Shown: positions 46,484 to 54,092 of the stretch, piece after piece
How the letters are laid out: every line of letters begins with the position of its first letter
Position numbering within the stretch: the first letter of the stretch is position 1
NCBI GenBank assembly: GCA_041650615.1
Contig: JBAZKU010000001.1
Location: forward strand, 386,360-450,359
Reading direction: 5' to 3'
Source: Minisyncoccota bacterium
Lineage (GTDB): Bacteria > Patescibacteriota > Minisyncoccia > Phycocordibacterales > UBA9973
Length of the DNA: 64,000 nucleotides
The notes under the pieces: model-generated
What the model was told of the DNA's origin: nothing
What the model saw: only the letters and a program-made list of their open reading frames with translations
The model's database searches: none
Translations under genes and position numbers: made by a program

Positions 46484-46682
46484 AAAACATCCTTTCATAA
46501 AAGTTTGTTAAACTGTGTGAATGTGGAAAAGTGAGCCTGTTCCCTGCTTATTGTTTTTTTGCTTGTTATTTAAAGATATTTAAAAGAGCCATTCCCATTA
46601 AGTATATTATACAAATACAAAAATTTGTCAAGAGGGTCTGAATATTCCCTACTTTTTATGTAATTAGAAGAAATTATCAAAT

Positions 46683-47014
46683 TGGGTGCCTACACCCACA
46701 CCTATATTTTTATAGTCATAAATCATATAATAGAATGCATGTTTTATGTTTATATTTTAAAAAGTAAAAAAGATGATAATATTTATTTTGGTTCAACTGA
46801 CGATTTACGACGCAGACTTTTAGAACATAATACTGGTAGGGTTCAATCTACTAAAGGTCGCCGTCCTTTTGAACTTAGATATTACGAATCATATTTCAAT
46901 GAAGCTGAAGCTAGAAAAAGAGAAGCTTCTTTAAAGAAGGACGGCAGAGCACTAGCCCAACTTAAAATTAGGATTTCTAAAAGTCTGCAATAAAAACATT
47001 GGTGTGGGTGCCTA
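46683..47014. mobile_element. GIY-YIG mini-element at the tRNA-His 3' end
   Basis: 21-bp imperfect TIR (46693-46713 / 46990-47010, 2 mismatches); 10-bp direct repeat TGGGTGCCTA equal to the tRNA 3' end. Confidence 0.7.
46739..46993 (+). CDS. small GIY-YIG nuclease (UPF0213/YhbQ-like, 84 aa)
   Basis: FYVYILKS...IYFGST.DLRRRLLEHN...EARKREASLK; TATAAT 7 nt upstream (leaderless). Confidence 0.92.
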   Translation: MFYVYILKSKKDDNIYFGSTDDLRRRLLEHNTGRVQSTKGRRPFELRYYESYFNEAEARKREASLKKDGRALAQLKIRISKSLQ

Positions 47015-47079
47015 TCGAGATTTGAACTCGAACTGAGGGTTCCACAAACCCTAGTGCTAACCGTTACACCATAGGCACC
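47007..47079 (-). tRNA. tRNA-His (GUG), G-1 encoded
   Basis: Anticodon arm AGGGT-TTGTGGA-ACCCT; G-1:C73. Confidence 0.93.
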
Positions 47080-47130
47080 ATACGTTGCTATTTATACCAA
47101 AAAAGATAGATAAAAGCCACTTTAAAAAAT

Positions 47131-47220
47131 TATAAAAATTAAAAGATTTTAAGAGTCGTGTTGGTCCCCTGTCCTTATGTCCCCGAGGGCGAAGGCTCAG
47201 AAATCTTTTGAATTTTTGTA
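47131..47220. repeat. long intergenic hairpin of unknown type
   Basis: AAAAATTAAAAGATTT...AAATCTTTTGAATTTTT enclosing a GC-rich core. Confidence 0.5.
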
Positions 47221-47224
47221 ATTT

Positions 47225-47776
47225 CTATTTGTAATCCGGGCTTTTTTCTGTTATGCCAGCTTTATGGTTTACCAATCTGGCAAAAGCATAAAGGAGACTT
47301 GAAAGACGATTTAAATATGCCAGAGTGGATTCTTTGACAGATACTTTGTTTTCTTCTTTTACTTCCACTACTCTCCTTTCCGCCCTGCGAGAAATAGTGC
47401 GAGAGATATCAAATAGCGTTGCTAATTCCGTCCCCCCGGAAATAAAGAAGGTTTTTATAGGTGGAAGTTCTTTTTCTATGGAATCAATAATGATTTCTAT
47501 TTCTTTTATCTTCTCTTCATCAATAGACATAGATGCCCCAGCGAGTTCTGCTTGAATGATAAATAAATTTTTCTGGATATCGTGAACTGCTTGACCCATC
47601 TCTAATTTGCCGATAAGAATTTTCTCTTTTTTAGCTTTTACTTTACAAAAACCTAAAAAGGAATTTATTTCATCCAGTGAGCCGAGAGCTTCGGCGATAA
47701 CCGAACTTTTGGAAATACGCTGGTCGCATCCGAATGTTTTAGTTGTTCCTTTGTCCCCCTTTCTGGTATAGAGCAT
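47225..47776 (-). CDS. ATP:cob(I)alamin adenosyltransferase (PduO-type)
   Basis: YTRKGDKGTT, GSLDEINS, RTISRRAERR, YLNRLSS. Confidence 0.95.
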   Translation of the reverse strand: MLYTRKGDKGTTKTFGCDQRISKSSVIAEALGSLDEINSFLGFCKVKAKKEKILIGKLEMGQAVHDIQKNLFIIQAELAGASMSIDEEKIKEIEIIIDSIEKELPPIKTFFISGGTELATLFDISRTISRRAERRVVEVKEENKVSVKESTLAYLNRLSSLLYAFARLVNHKAGITEKSPDYK

Positions 47777-47785
47777 AATTTAAAA

Positions 47786-48460
47786 TTAACGTCTTATAAT
47801 TAATTCTTCTTCGGGGGTTTCTTTTTTAAGATTTTCTATAATTTTATCGGCAACAAAATTCGGGTCCATAAATTCATTATAATTTTCCGGCTTACGCTCA
47901 TCAAATAAATTTGTTTGCATCCCCCCAGGATAAATTGAAATTACTTTAATATTTTTCCCATCTACCTCTTTTTTAAGAGATTTCGTAAATCCCATTGCAG
48001 CAAATTTACTTGCACAATATGCTGTTTCATTTATTTTACCTTCCAAAGCGCTTGTTGAAAGAATATTTACTATTAATCCAAAACCTTGTTTCCTCATTTG
48101 AACAAGAGCAACCTTAGATCCATATACTGTGCCAAATAAATTAACCTCAATCAAATCGTGAGCTCTTTTCCAATCTGTTTGCTCTATTGGCAAATGTGGC
48201 AACCAAATACCGGCATTATTAATCCAAATATCCAGTTTCCCAAATTTTTTTTCAGTAAAATTTACAATATTCTGTAATTCATTCTCCTTTGTAACGTCTG
48301 CTTTTATACCCAAAATGCCTTTCTCTAAATTTTTAAATTCATTTTCATCTCTAGAACAAACAACAACATTTGAACTATTTTTTAGAAAACACAAAGCTAG
48401 GGCTTTTCCTAATCCTTTTGATCCTCCTGTAATGACTACTACTTTATCTTTCAATTCCAT
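47786..48460 (-). CDS. short-chain dehydrogenase/reductase
   Basis: TGGSKGLG, NNAG, YCASK. Confidence 0.95.
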   Translation of the reverse strand: MELKDKVVVITGGSKGLGKALALCFLKNSSNVVVCSRDENEFKNLEKGILGIKADVTKENELQNIVNFTEKKFGKLDIWINNAGIWLPHLPIEQTDWKRAHDLIEVNLFGTVYGSKVALVQMRKQGFGLIVNILSTSALEGKINETAYCASKFAAMGFTKSLKKEVDGKNIKVISIYPGGMQTNLFDERKPENYNEFMDPNFVADKIIENLKKETPEEELIIRR

Positions 48461-48485
48461 AAGTTAATTATAGCAAATTATTTTG

Positions 48486-48567
48486 TGCCCAGGGGGGGAC
48501 TCGAACCCCCATGCCTCTCGGCGCTACCACCTCAAGGTAGTAAGTCTACCAATTTCTCCACCTGGGC
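48486..48567 (-). tRNA. tRNA-Leu (GAG)
   Basis: CTACC-TTGAGGT-GGTAG anticodon arm, long variable arm. Confidence 0.95.
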
Positions 48568-48593
48568 ATTTTTTGATTTTAGCATAGTTACTT

Positions 48594-48726
48594 AAACTAA
48601 AAAACTCGTCGCGGGCGTACTTTTTAGAAAGCATTGCGCAGGCTGACGAGCCGAGCATAGTAAATTTTCAGCAGAAAATTATGCGCGGTTTATAAAAAGT
48701 ATGCCAAATAAAGAGTTTTTTAGTTT
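48594..48726. repeat. structured palindromic element (CGCAGG family)
   Basis: TIR AAACTAAAAAACTC/GAGTTTTTTAGTTT; core CGCAGGCTGACGAGCCGAG identical to the RluA insert. Confidence 0.75.
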
Positions 48727-49118
48727 TCTACTTTTTCTATTTCTTCTTCCGAGACAATTGAGCGCAATTTTCGGCGAACGTCTTTCACCGCTTTAGCGCG
48801 AACATAGTAAAGTTTAGACTTGCGAGCGCGAGATTTTTTAGTTATTTCAATTTTATCAATAGCTGGAGAATAAAGCGGAAAAATTCTTTCCACCCCGACA
48901 CCCGAAGCAACTCTTCGGACTGTAAAAGTCCCGCCGATTTCCGTACCATGTTTTCTGGCTAGTACTATGCCTTCAAAGGCTTGCAAACGCGTTTTACCTT
49001 TTTCGTCTAAAACTTTGGACCAAACGCGCACAGTATCCCCTGAGTTGAAATCAAGTTTTTTTCTTTCTTCCACGTCAACTGAAGTAAGTTTAGTTTTATC
49101 TATTTTATTTCCTGCCAT
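48720..49118 (-). CDS. rplS: 50S ribosomal protein L19
   Basis: GDTVRV, RLQAFEGIV, GVGVERIFP, KLYYVR. Confidence 0.97.
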   Translation of the reverse strand: MAGNKIDKTKLTSVDVEERKKLDFNSGDTVRVWSKVLDEKGKTRLQAFEGIVLARKHGTEIGGTFTVRRVASGVGVERIFPLYSPAIDKIEITKKSRARKSKLYYVRAKAVKDVRRKLRSIVSEEEIEKVEN

Positions 49119-49312
49119 AATCGTTTTAATCTAACATAAACGAATTTCAAAGGCAAATTTGGGATTTTCTATAAAAATTCGTCTTATGCATTACGCATAT
49201 TATACATCATATTGGCAATAAATTAATTGGGCAGTCAAATTGACTTTTAAACTTATAAAGAATATCGTTAAATTAAATAAATCAATGTTCTTTAAAAGAA
49301 AAGGAGGGAAAA

Positions 49313-50074
49313 ATGAGTACAAATATCTTGAGTGTACAGAGAATTAGGGAAAGGCCAACTAAAATAAGAACTGTAACAATTGAGTACAATAACTATTTAT
49401 CTACCGAGCCTGAAGAACTGATCAGGCTTAACAACGAATATAAGCGACACGTTCCTGAGTTGCTTGCTTTCGTGAAAAAGAATGAAGGGAATTTTGTGAA
49501 ACTTCTTTTCACTAGAATGAACCCTAATGGTTCAATAATCAGGAATATTGTTAAAGGGATTCCCCTCGAAGTTCAAAATACCAGCTTTAGCTTTTTCACA
49601 AGTGAAACTTTAGATAAGAGTGTTTTCTATGTAGATCCTCAAAAAATATTTGTCAGAACGGATAATGTTTTGGGATTTATCCCATCATTACCTAAAACTG
49701 AAATATATCCTTTTGAGAATAATTCCGAAAAAACTCTTGATTTTCTCAAATTTCTGAGAAAAACTAAAAAACTGTTGCTATCTTGCGTTGGAACTGTTCA
49801 CGCTGCCACAATTCATTGGTGGTATAACAAGAAACACAAGCTTTTTCGTGAAGGAGATTATAGAGTTGAGGGATTCATTCGTAAGGTGAACAAATCCAAT
49901 TTTGAATATGACCACTTCCGCACTATTGCTTATATCAACAAGGAAGATTGGTACGTTGATGTGATACCACGTTATGAGATTGACCGATTCATAGCGCCGG
50001 ATAGAGTTCCACGTAAAATAGTAGTTGCGTTCGGTGTCCATCATCATATAAATCCTTGTGATGACGATGAGTGA
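49313..50074 (+). CDS. hypothetical protein
   Basis: 253-aa ORF with TTGACT promoter, AGGAGG SD and downstream hairpin (AGGGTATTT...AGATACCCT). Confidence 0.7.
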   Translation: MSTNILSVQRIRERPTKIRTVTIEYNNYLSTEPEELIRLNNEYKRHVPELLAFVKKNEGNFVKLLFTRMNPNGSIIRNIVKGIPLEVQNTSFSFFTSETLDKSVFYVDPQKIFVRTDNVLGFIPSLPKTEIYPFENNSEKTLDFLKFLRKTKKLLLSCVGTVHAATIHWWYNKKHKLFREGDYRVEGFIRKVNKSNFEYDHFRTIAYINKEDWYVDVIPRYEIDRFIAPDRVPRKIVVAFGVHHHINPCDDDE

Positions 50075-50123
50075 GGGAAAAATTCTAGGGTATTTACACA
50101 ATTTACTGTGCAGATACCCTTTT

Positions 50124-50936
50124 TTATTTTAGATTTATTATTTTTTTGAACTCAAGAGGTAAAGGAGATTCTACTTTTATTGTTTTGTCTTTTAAATTTT
50201 TAAATTCTATGGACTTCGCATGAAGCGCCAATCTTTTTAATCCTTTTGGGCAAGATCCATTCGGATTATAAAGAGAATCACAGGCTACTGGATGGTTTAT
50301 ATATTTCATATGCACGCGGATTTGATGCGTCCGTCCGGTTTTTGGATGAATTTCCAGATAAGAGAATCGCTCCGGCATTTTCTTTTTTGGGTCGCTGTCT
50401 CCGCGTGCTCGCGGAGCGCTGCCTCTCGGCTCGTCAGCCTGCGAGACACCCAAAAAAGGAACTACCGGAGCGGTAAAAAAGCGTTTCAAAACTCTGTACT
50501 CGGTAATTGCTTCGCGAAGTTCTCCCCTTACCCCGCGGCCAGCCAGATGTCGGCGAAAATCTTTCGGACTTCGCCCAATTGGTTTATTTATCGTGCCGTG
50601 GTCATTTTTTACAAATCCGGAAACAATAGAATGATAAGTCTTTTTTATTTCTCTTCCCTTAAATTGATTTTTAAAAAATTCATAAGCTTTTTGGTTTTTC
50701 ACCAAAAGCAAGACTCCAGAAGTTTCTTTATCTAGCCTGTGAACTATTCCTGGTTTTTTTATTTCTTTGCCTTCAAAAAAAATCGGCTCGCCTACATTTT
50801 TTATTTTGGGGTATTTTTTAACAACCCAATCGGTAATCGTTTCTTCTTTACTGCGCCCATCCGGATGCACAGAAACACCAGAGGGTTTATCTATGGCTAA
50901 AATATTAGAATCTTCGAATAAAATTTTAATTCTCAT
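50124..50936 (-). CDS. RluA/RluD-family pseudouridine synthase with 35-aa insert
   Basis: DKPSG, HRLDKETSG, TGRTHQIRVH, LHA. Confidence 0.95.
   Translation of the reverse strand: MRIKILFEDSNILAIDKPSGVSVHPDGRSKEETITDWVVKKYPKIKNVGEPIFFEGKEIKKPGIVHRLDKETSGVLLLVKNQKAYEFFKNQFKGREIKKTYHSIVSGFVKNDHGTINKPIGRSPKDFRRHLAGRGVRGELREAITEYRVLKRFFTAPVVPFLGVSQADEPRGSAPRARGDSDPKKKMPERFSYLEIHPKTGRTHQIRVHMKYINHPVACDSLYNPNGSCPKGLKRLALHAKSIEFKNLKDKTIKVESPLPLEFKKIINLK
50368..50472. repeat. 105-nt palindromic element inserted in frame in the RluA gene
   Basis: CGCTCCGG...TTTTTTGGGT / ACCCAAAAAA...CCGGAGCG; GC-rich relative to the gene. Confidence 0.85.
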
Positions 50937-50987
50937 AATTGAAATAATATATAAAATAAGCTAGAATAGCCATAGTTAGATACAGAT

Positions 50988-51063
50988 GCGCGGTTAGCTC
51001 AGTTGGTAGAGCAACCCGTTTACACCGGGAAGGTCGGGGGTTCAAGTCCCTCACCGCGCACCA
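50988..51063 (+). tRNA. tRNA-Val (UAC), CCA encoded
   Basis: CCCG-TTTACAC-CGGG anticodon arm. Confidence 0.95.
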
Positions 51064-51064
51064 A

Positions 51065-51136
51065 GCCCTCGTAGTTCAATGGATAGAACAAGGCTCTTCT
51101 AAGGCCTTGATGTAGGTTCGATTCCTACCGAGGGCA
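51065..51136 (+). tRNA. tRNA-Arg (UCU)
   Basis: AGGCT-CTTCTAA-GGCCT anticodon arm. Confidence 0.95.
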
Positions 51137-51144
51137 CAAAAAAA

Positions 51145-51450
51145 TTACAGCGATGGGTCAACAATAGGCGAAGGGGAACTTAAAATTTCAATGGATTTCT
51201 TCTCACGTTCTTTAAAATACTCCAGCACTTTATCAATTCTTTCTTTTTTTATTGCTTCCCGTTCATTGGTACTTAAAACTGGCGGATTCGGTTCCTTGTT
51301 TATTTTTATAAAAAGATAAAAATCAAACACAAAAGAGAGTATAATTAATATGAATGTTATATAAAGAATATACCTCCAATAAAGATCCGGTTTAATCCCC
51401 AACCCTCCTTTTCTGAACCTTTTTTCCCTTTTCAAAAATTTTATTTCCAT
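51145..51450 (-). CDS. single-TM protein at the end of the pilM operon
   Basis: TM helix, C-terminal IVDPS; co-oriented after pilO-like gene. Confidence 0.7.
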   Translation of the reverse strand: MEIKFLKREKRFRKGGLGIKPDLYWRYILYITFILIILSFVFDFYLFIKINKEPNPPVLSTNEREAIKKERIDKVLEYFKEREKKSIEILSSPSPIVDPSL

Positions 51451-51521
51451 CCCGTTAGAAATCTTAATATTTATAATTTTTTCTTTTTATTTCCCGTTAG
51501 TGAATTTCTAACGGGATCCAT
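51445..51521. mobile_element. MITE-like element at start codon (CCCGTTAGAAAT family)
   Basis: TTCCAT-CCCGTTAGAAAT...ATTTCTAACGGG-ATCCAT; nested short copy at 51493-51515. Confidence 0.8.
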
Positions 51522-51534
51522 ATTTATTAAATTA

Positions 51535-52083
51535 CTAATTTACAAAACTCAAAAGCTTTATCTGAAAAGTCGCTGTCCATTGCGGAGCTTTGGACTTGCT
51601 ATTTTTATCAGCAGATAAATCTCCCCCATTTTGATTTTGAATATCTGCTGAAACAAATTCAAGGTCATATGGAGAGTTTTCTAAAAGAGTTATTAATTTA
51701 TAAATGGTTCCAAAAGTTCCTAAGGCCTTCATTTCAACCATAAGCGAAGAGTTGTTTTTCGTAGGAGTAACAGAAACAACTTCAGCTTTAACTCCTGCTT
51801 CTTTGGCTAATTTTTCAATTGTATCCAAGAAGGGCACAACATCAGAACTTCGCACAAAATGTGTTTCAAGTAAAATCCTTTCCGGCTCTATTTCTTTAAT
51901 TAAATTAGCTAAGAATTTTGTATTTTCTCTTTGCACATCCTCTGTCTGCCACTTTTCTTGCGCCAGTTGCGATCTCTCTTTTTTATTGTTTATAATTATG
52001 TATAAATACACAAAAACAAAACAGGAAAGGAGAAAAAGCATTATGGAGAAAATTAATGATTTTTTTTGAAAGATAAATTGCAT
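51535..52083 (-). CDS. PilO-like type IV pilus alignment protein
   Basis: TM plus coiled coil, FLDTIEKLA, GTFGTI..LI.LLE; operon position. Confidence 0.65.
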   Translation of the reverse strand: MQFIFQKKSLIFSIMLFLLSCFVFVYLYIIINNKKERSQLAQEKWQTEDVQRENTKFLANLIKEIEPERILLETHFVRSSDVVPFLDTIEKLAKEAGVKAEVVSVTPTKNNSSLMVEMKALGTFGTIYKLITLLENSPYDLEFVSADIQNQNGGDLSADKNSKSKAPQWTATFQIKLLSFVN

Positions 52084-52084
52084 A

Positions 52085-52627
52085 TTATGAAGGAATTAAG
52101 CTTAGGCTAAATTTAATGTTGGATCCCTGTATAAAATTGGAAATTGGCAAGTCAACTTTTGAAAAAGCTATGTCGTCTTCAAGTGTTTGACGAAATAAAA
52201 GCAAAATTTCACGATTTGGCGCTATCCCGCCAATGTCTATTTTTTTGCCTGTTTGTGAATTATTTTGGTAAGCAATTCTTGTAATTTTAATATTCGGCAT
52301 TTTTTTTAATATAATTTCATTTATCACTTTCTGGGAAAAGATCAATTTGTTTTTTTGAGTATTTTCAATTAAGTCCAACTTATTTTTTAAATCATTAACA
52401 ACTGCCAATGTACTTTGATCAAGAGGGGTGACAGGGTTGCTTGTTTGTAATTCTAACCTTGCGTTAACGGTATTTTCTTCCACAGAAGAAAGAAAATATG
52501 ATGGTAAAATAGCGACGGAAGCGATTAAGAAAGATATTCCCAGCATAATAAAAATAATAGAGGCAAGCCTGAGATAAAAATCTCTAGACATTTTTTTCTT
52601 ATCTTCATTTGGAATTAAATTAATCAT
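52085..52627 (-). CDS. PilN-like protein
   Basis: N-terminal INLIP motif, TM, I.G.A..R, FS.V.LP. Confidence 0.75.
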   Translation of the reverse strand: MINLIPNEDKKKMSRDFYLRLASIIFIMLGISFLIASVAILPSYFLSSVEENTVNARLELQTSNPVTPLDQSTLAVVNDLKNKLDLIENTQKNKLIFSQKVINEIILKKMPNIKITRIAYQNNSQTGKKIDIGGIAPNREILLLFRQTLEDDIAFSKVDLPISNFIQGSNIKFSLSLIPS

Positions 52628-53702
52628 GTTCAAAATCTCTTAAAGCAAGCCCTAAGGTGGTAGCAAATGCCAATGATTGATTAAAATTTATTTCCGGAAT
52701 ATATTTCCCCGTATCTCCGATATTTATCCAAACATCGGCCATTTCCACTCTTGTTTTTGTACTGACAGAAAAATACTCGGAAAGTCCTATTAAATTAGAA
52801 TCCCCTCCGCAAAGAATTATTTTTTTAATCGGAGGTCTGTCTTTCCCCTCTTCGTCTTTATGAGTATGCCAATATAAAAAATGTTTTACTATTTCATCAC
52901 GCAAAACAGAAACACCGTTTAAAAGTATGGTAGATACTTCGGGATTAGAAGCGTCACGTTTTAAGCCACACTCTTTCTTCTTTTTTTCCGCTTCCTCAAA
53001 ACTTATCTTTAAATTTTTCTCAATTATATTGGTAAGCATGACCCCTCCCATATCTAAAGTGGAAGTAAAAATGACAATACCGCCGGACACAATAAAAATA
53101 CCGGTGCGTTTTTTACCAAAATCTACTATCATATAAGTTTCCAAATCACCTTTTTTAATAACGGCCCTAACAATAGCCTGCGCTTCAAGTTCAAACGACT
53201 TGGCAGATATTTTGGAATTCTTAAAAATAGACAGGTATTCTTCAATTACATTTTTGGGAATAGCGGCTACTTGTAGTTTTAAACTTTGTTCGTCTTCGCT
53301 CAATAATTCATAATCAAATATGGTATCTTGCGCTGAGATTGGTATATATTCTTCAAGAGAAAGTTCTATCGCTTCTCTGACATTTTCTAATCCTAATTTT
53401 TCCAGTTTAAGATTAAAAAGATAGACCTGCTCTTCTGGTAAAGAAACCCGAACAGATTTCAGTCCTTCTTCATTCCGAAGCGATATTAAAATTTCTTCCA
53501 TTTTTTTGGGGTCTTTAATTTTACCAGATTCAATGATTCCTGACGGTATTTTTTTCTCTCCATAACGATTCACCTTAATGCTATTTCCTGTTTTAATAAG
53601 TTCCACAAATTTTATGGATTCATCTGAAATGTCCAAGCCAAAAGACGGCAACACTAGAAATTTCGGCGTTGGGAAAAATCTCTTAAAAAAATTTCTAAAC
53701 AT
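52620..53702 (-). CDS. pilM: type IV pilus assembly protein PilM (actin-like)
   Basis: FGLDISDESIK, IVDFG, ILCGGDS, LGLALR. Confidence 0.88.
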   Translation of the reverse strand: MFRNFFKRFFPTPKFLVLPSFGLDISDESIKFVELIKTGNSIKVNRYGEKKIPSGIIESGKIKDPKKMEEILISLRNEEGLKSVRVSLPEEQVYLFNLKLEKLGLENVREAIELSLEEYIPISAQDTIFDYELLSEDEQSLKLQVAAIPKNVIEEYLSIFKNSKISAKSFELEAQAIVRAVIKKGDLETYMIVDFGKKRTGIFIVSGGIVIFTSTLDMGGVMLTNIIEKNLKISFEEAEKKKKECGLKRDASNPEVSTILLNGVSVLRDEIVKHFLYWHTHKDEEGKDRPPIKKIILCGGDSNLIGLSEYFSVSTKTRVEMADVWINIGDTGKYIPEINFNQSLAFATTLGLALRDFEHD

Positions 53703-53709
53703 TAGAATA

Positions 53710-53757
53710 TTATACCCCGTAGTGAAACTTTTAACAAAGTTCTACTACAGGGTTATA
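53710..53757. mobile_element. hairpin element with TTATA direct repeats at the pilM -10 box
   Basis: TTATA-CCCCGTAGTGAAACTTT...AAAGTTCTACTACAGGG-TTATA. Confidence 0.7.
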
Positions 53758-53761
53758 ACCT

Positions 53762-54091
53762 TTATTTTGCTCGCGTACCAGTAGGAATTTCTTCATTAGG
53801 CAAAAGTAAAGAAAACTTGCCGTCTTCGGTAGAAACTGCCAAGATCATCCCCTGGCTTTCAATTCCGCGAATTATTCTTGTTTCCAAATTGGCGACAAAC
53901 ATACATTTTTTGCCGACCAAAACACTGCAATCAGGGAAATACAGTGAAATACCTGAAACTATTTGCCTTGGTTTTTCTTCAGCTAAATCAACAGATAATT
54001 TTAATAATTTGTCCGTATCGGGAATTTTTTCTGCCGACAAAATTTTACCCACCATAATATCAATTTTTTTAAAATCTTCAATGGAAATCAT
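53762..54091 (-). CDS. stand-alone tRNA-binding domain (Trbp111/CsaA/MetG C-terminal-like)
   Basis: DKLLKLSVDL, RQIVSGI, ANL, GIESQGMILA. Confidence 0.92.
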   Translation of the reverse strand: MISIEDFKKIDIMVGKILSAEKIPDTDKLLKLSVDLAEEKPRQIVSGISLYFPDCSVLVGKKCMFVANLETRIIRGIESQGMILAVSTEDGKFSLLLPNEEIPTGTRAK

Positions 54092-54092
54092 A

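Noticed and set aside
46682-46738. TTG-start extension of the GIY-YIG ORF
   Set aside because: Covers the terminal repeat and promoter; ATG 46739 follows a -10 box.
42430-47080. Prophage or integrase-driven island at tRNA-His, or filamentous phage secretin
   Set aside because: No integrase, Zot-like ATPase, Rep or coat genes seen; the only tRNA-end duplication found encloses just the GIY-YIG gene.
47131-47220. SRP RNA
   Set aside because: No GNRA-capped helix 8 with the CAGG/AGCA internal loop found on either strand.
50246-50735. Plus-strand ORFs overlapping the RluA gene
   Set aside because: Antisense frames kept open by the GC-rich palindromic insert.
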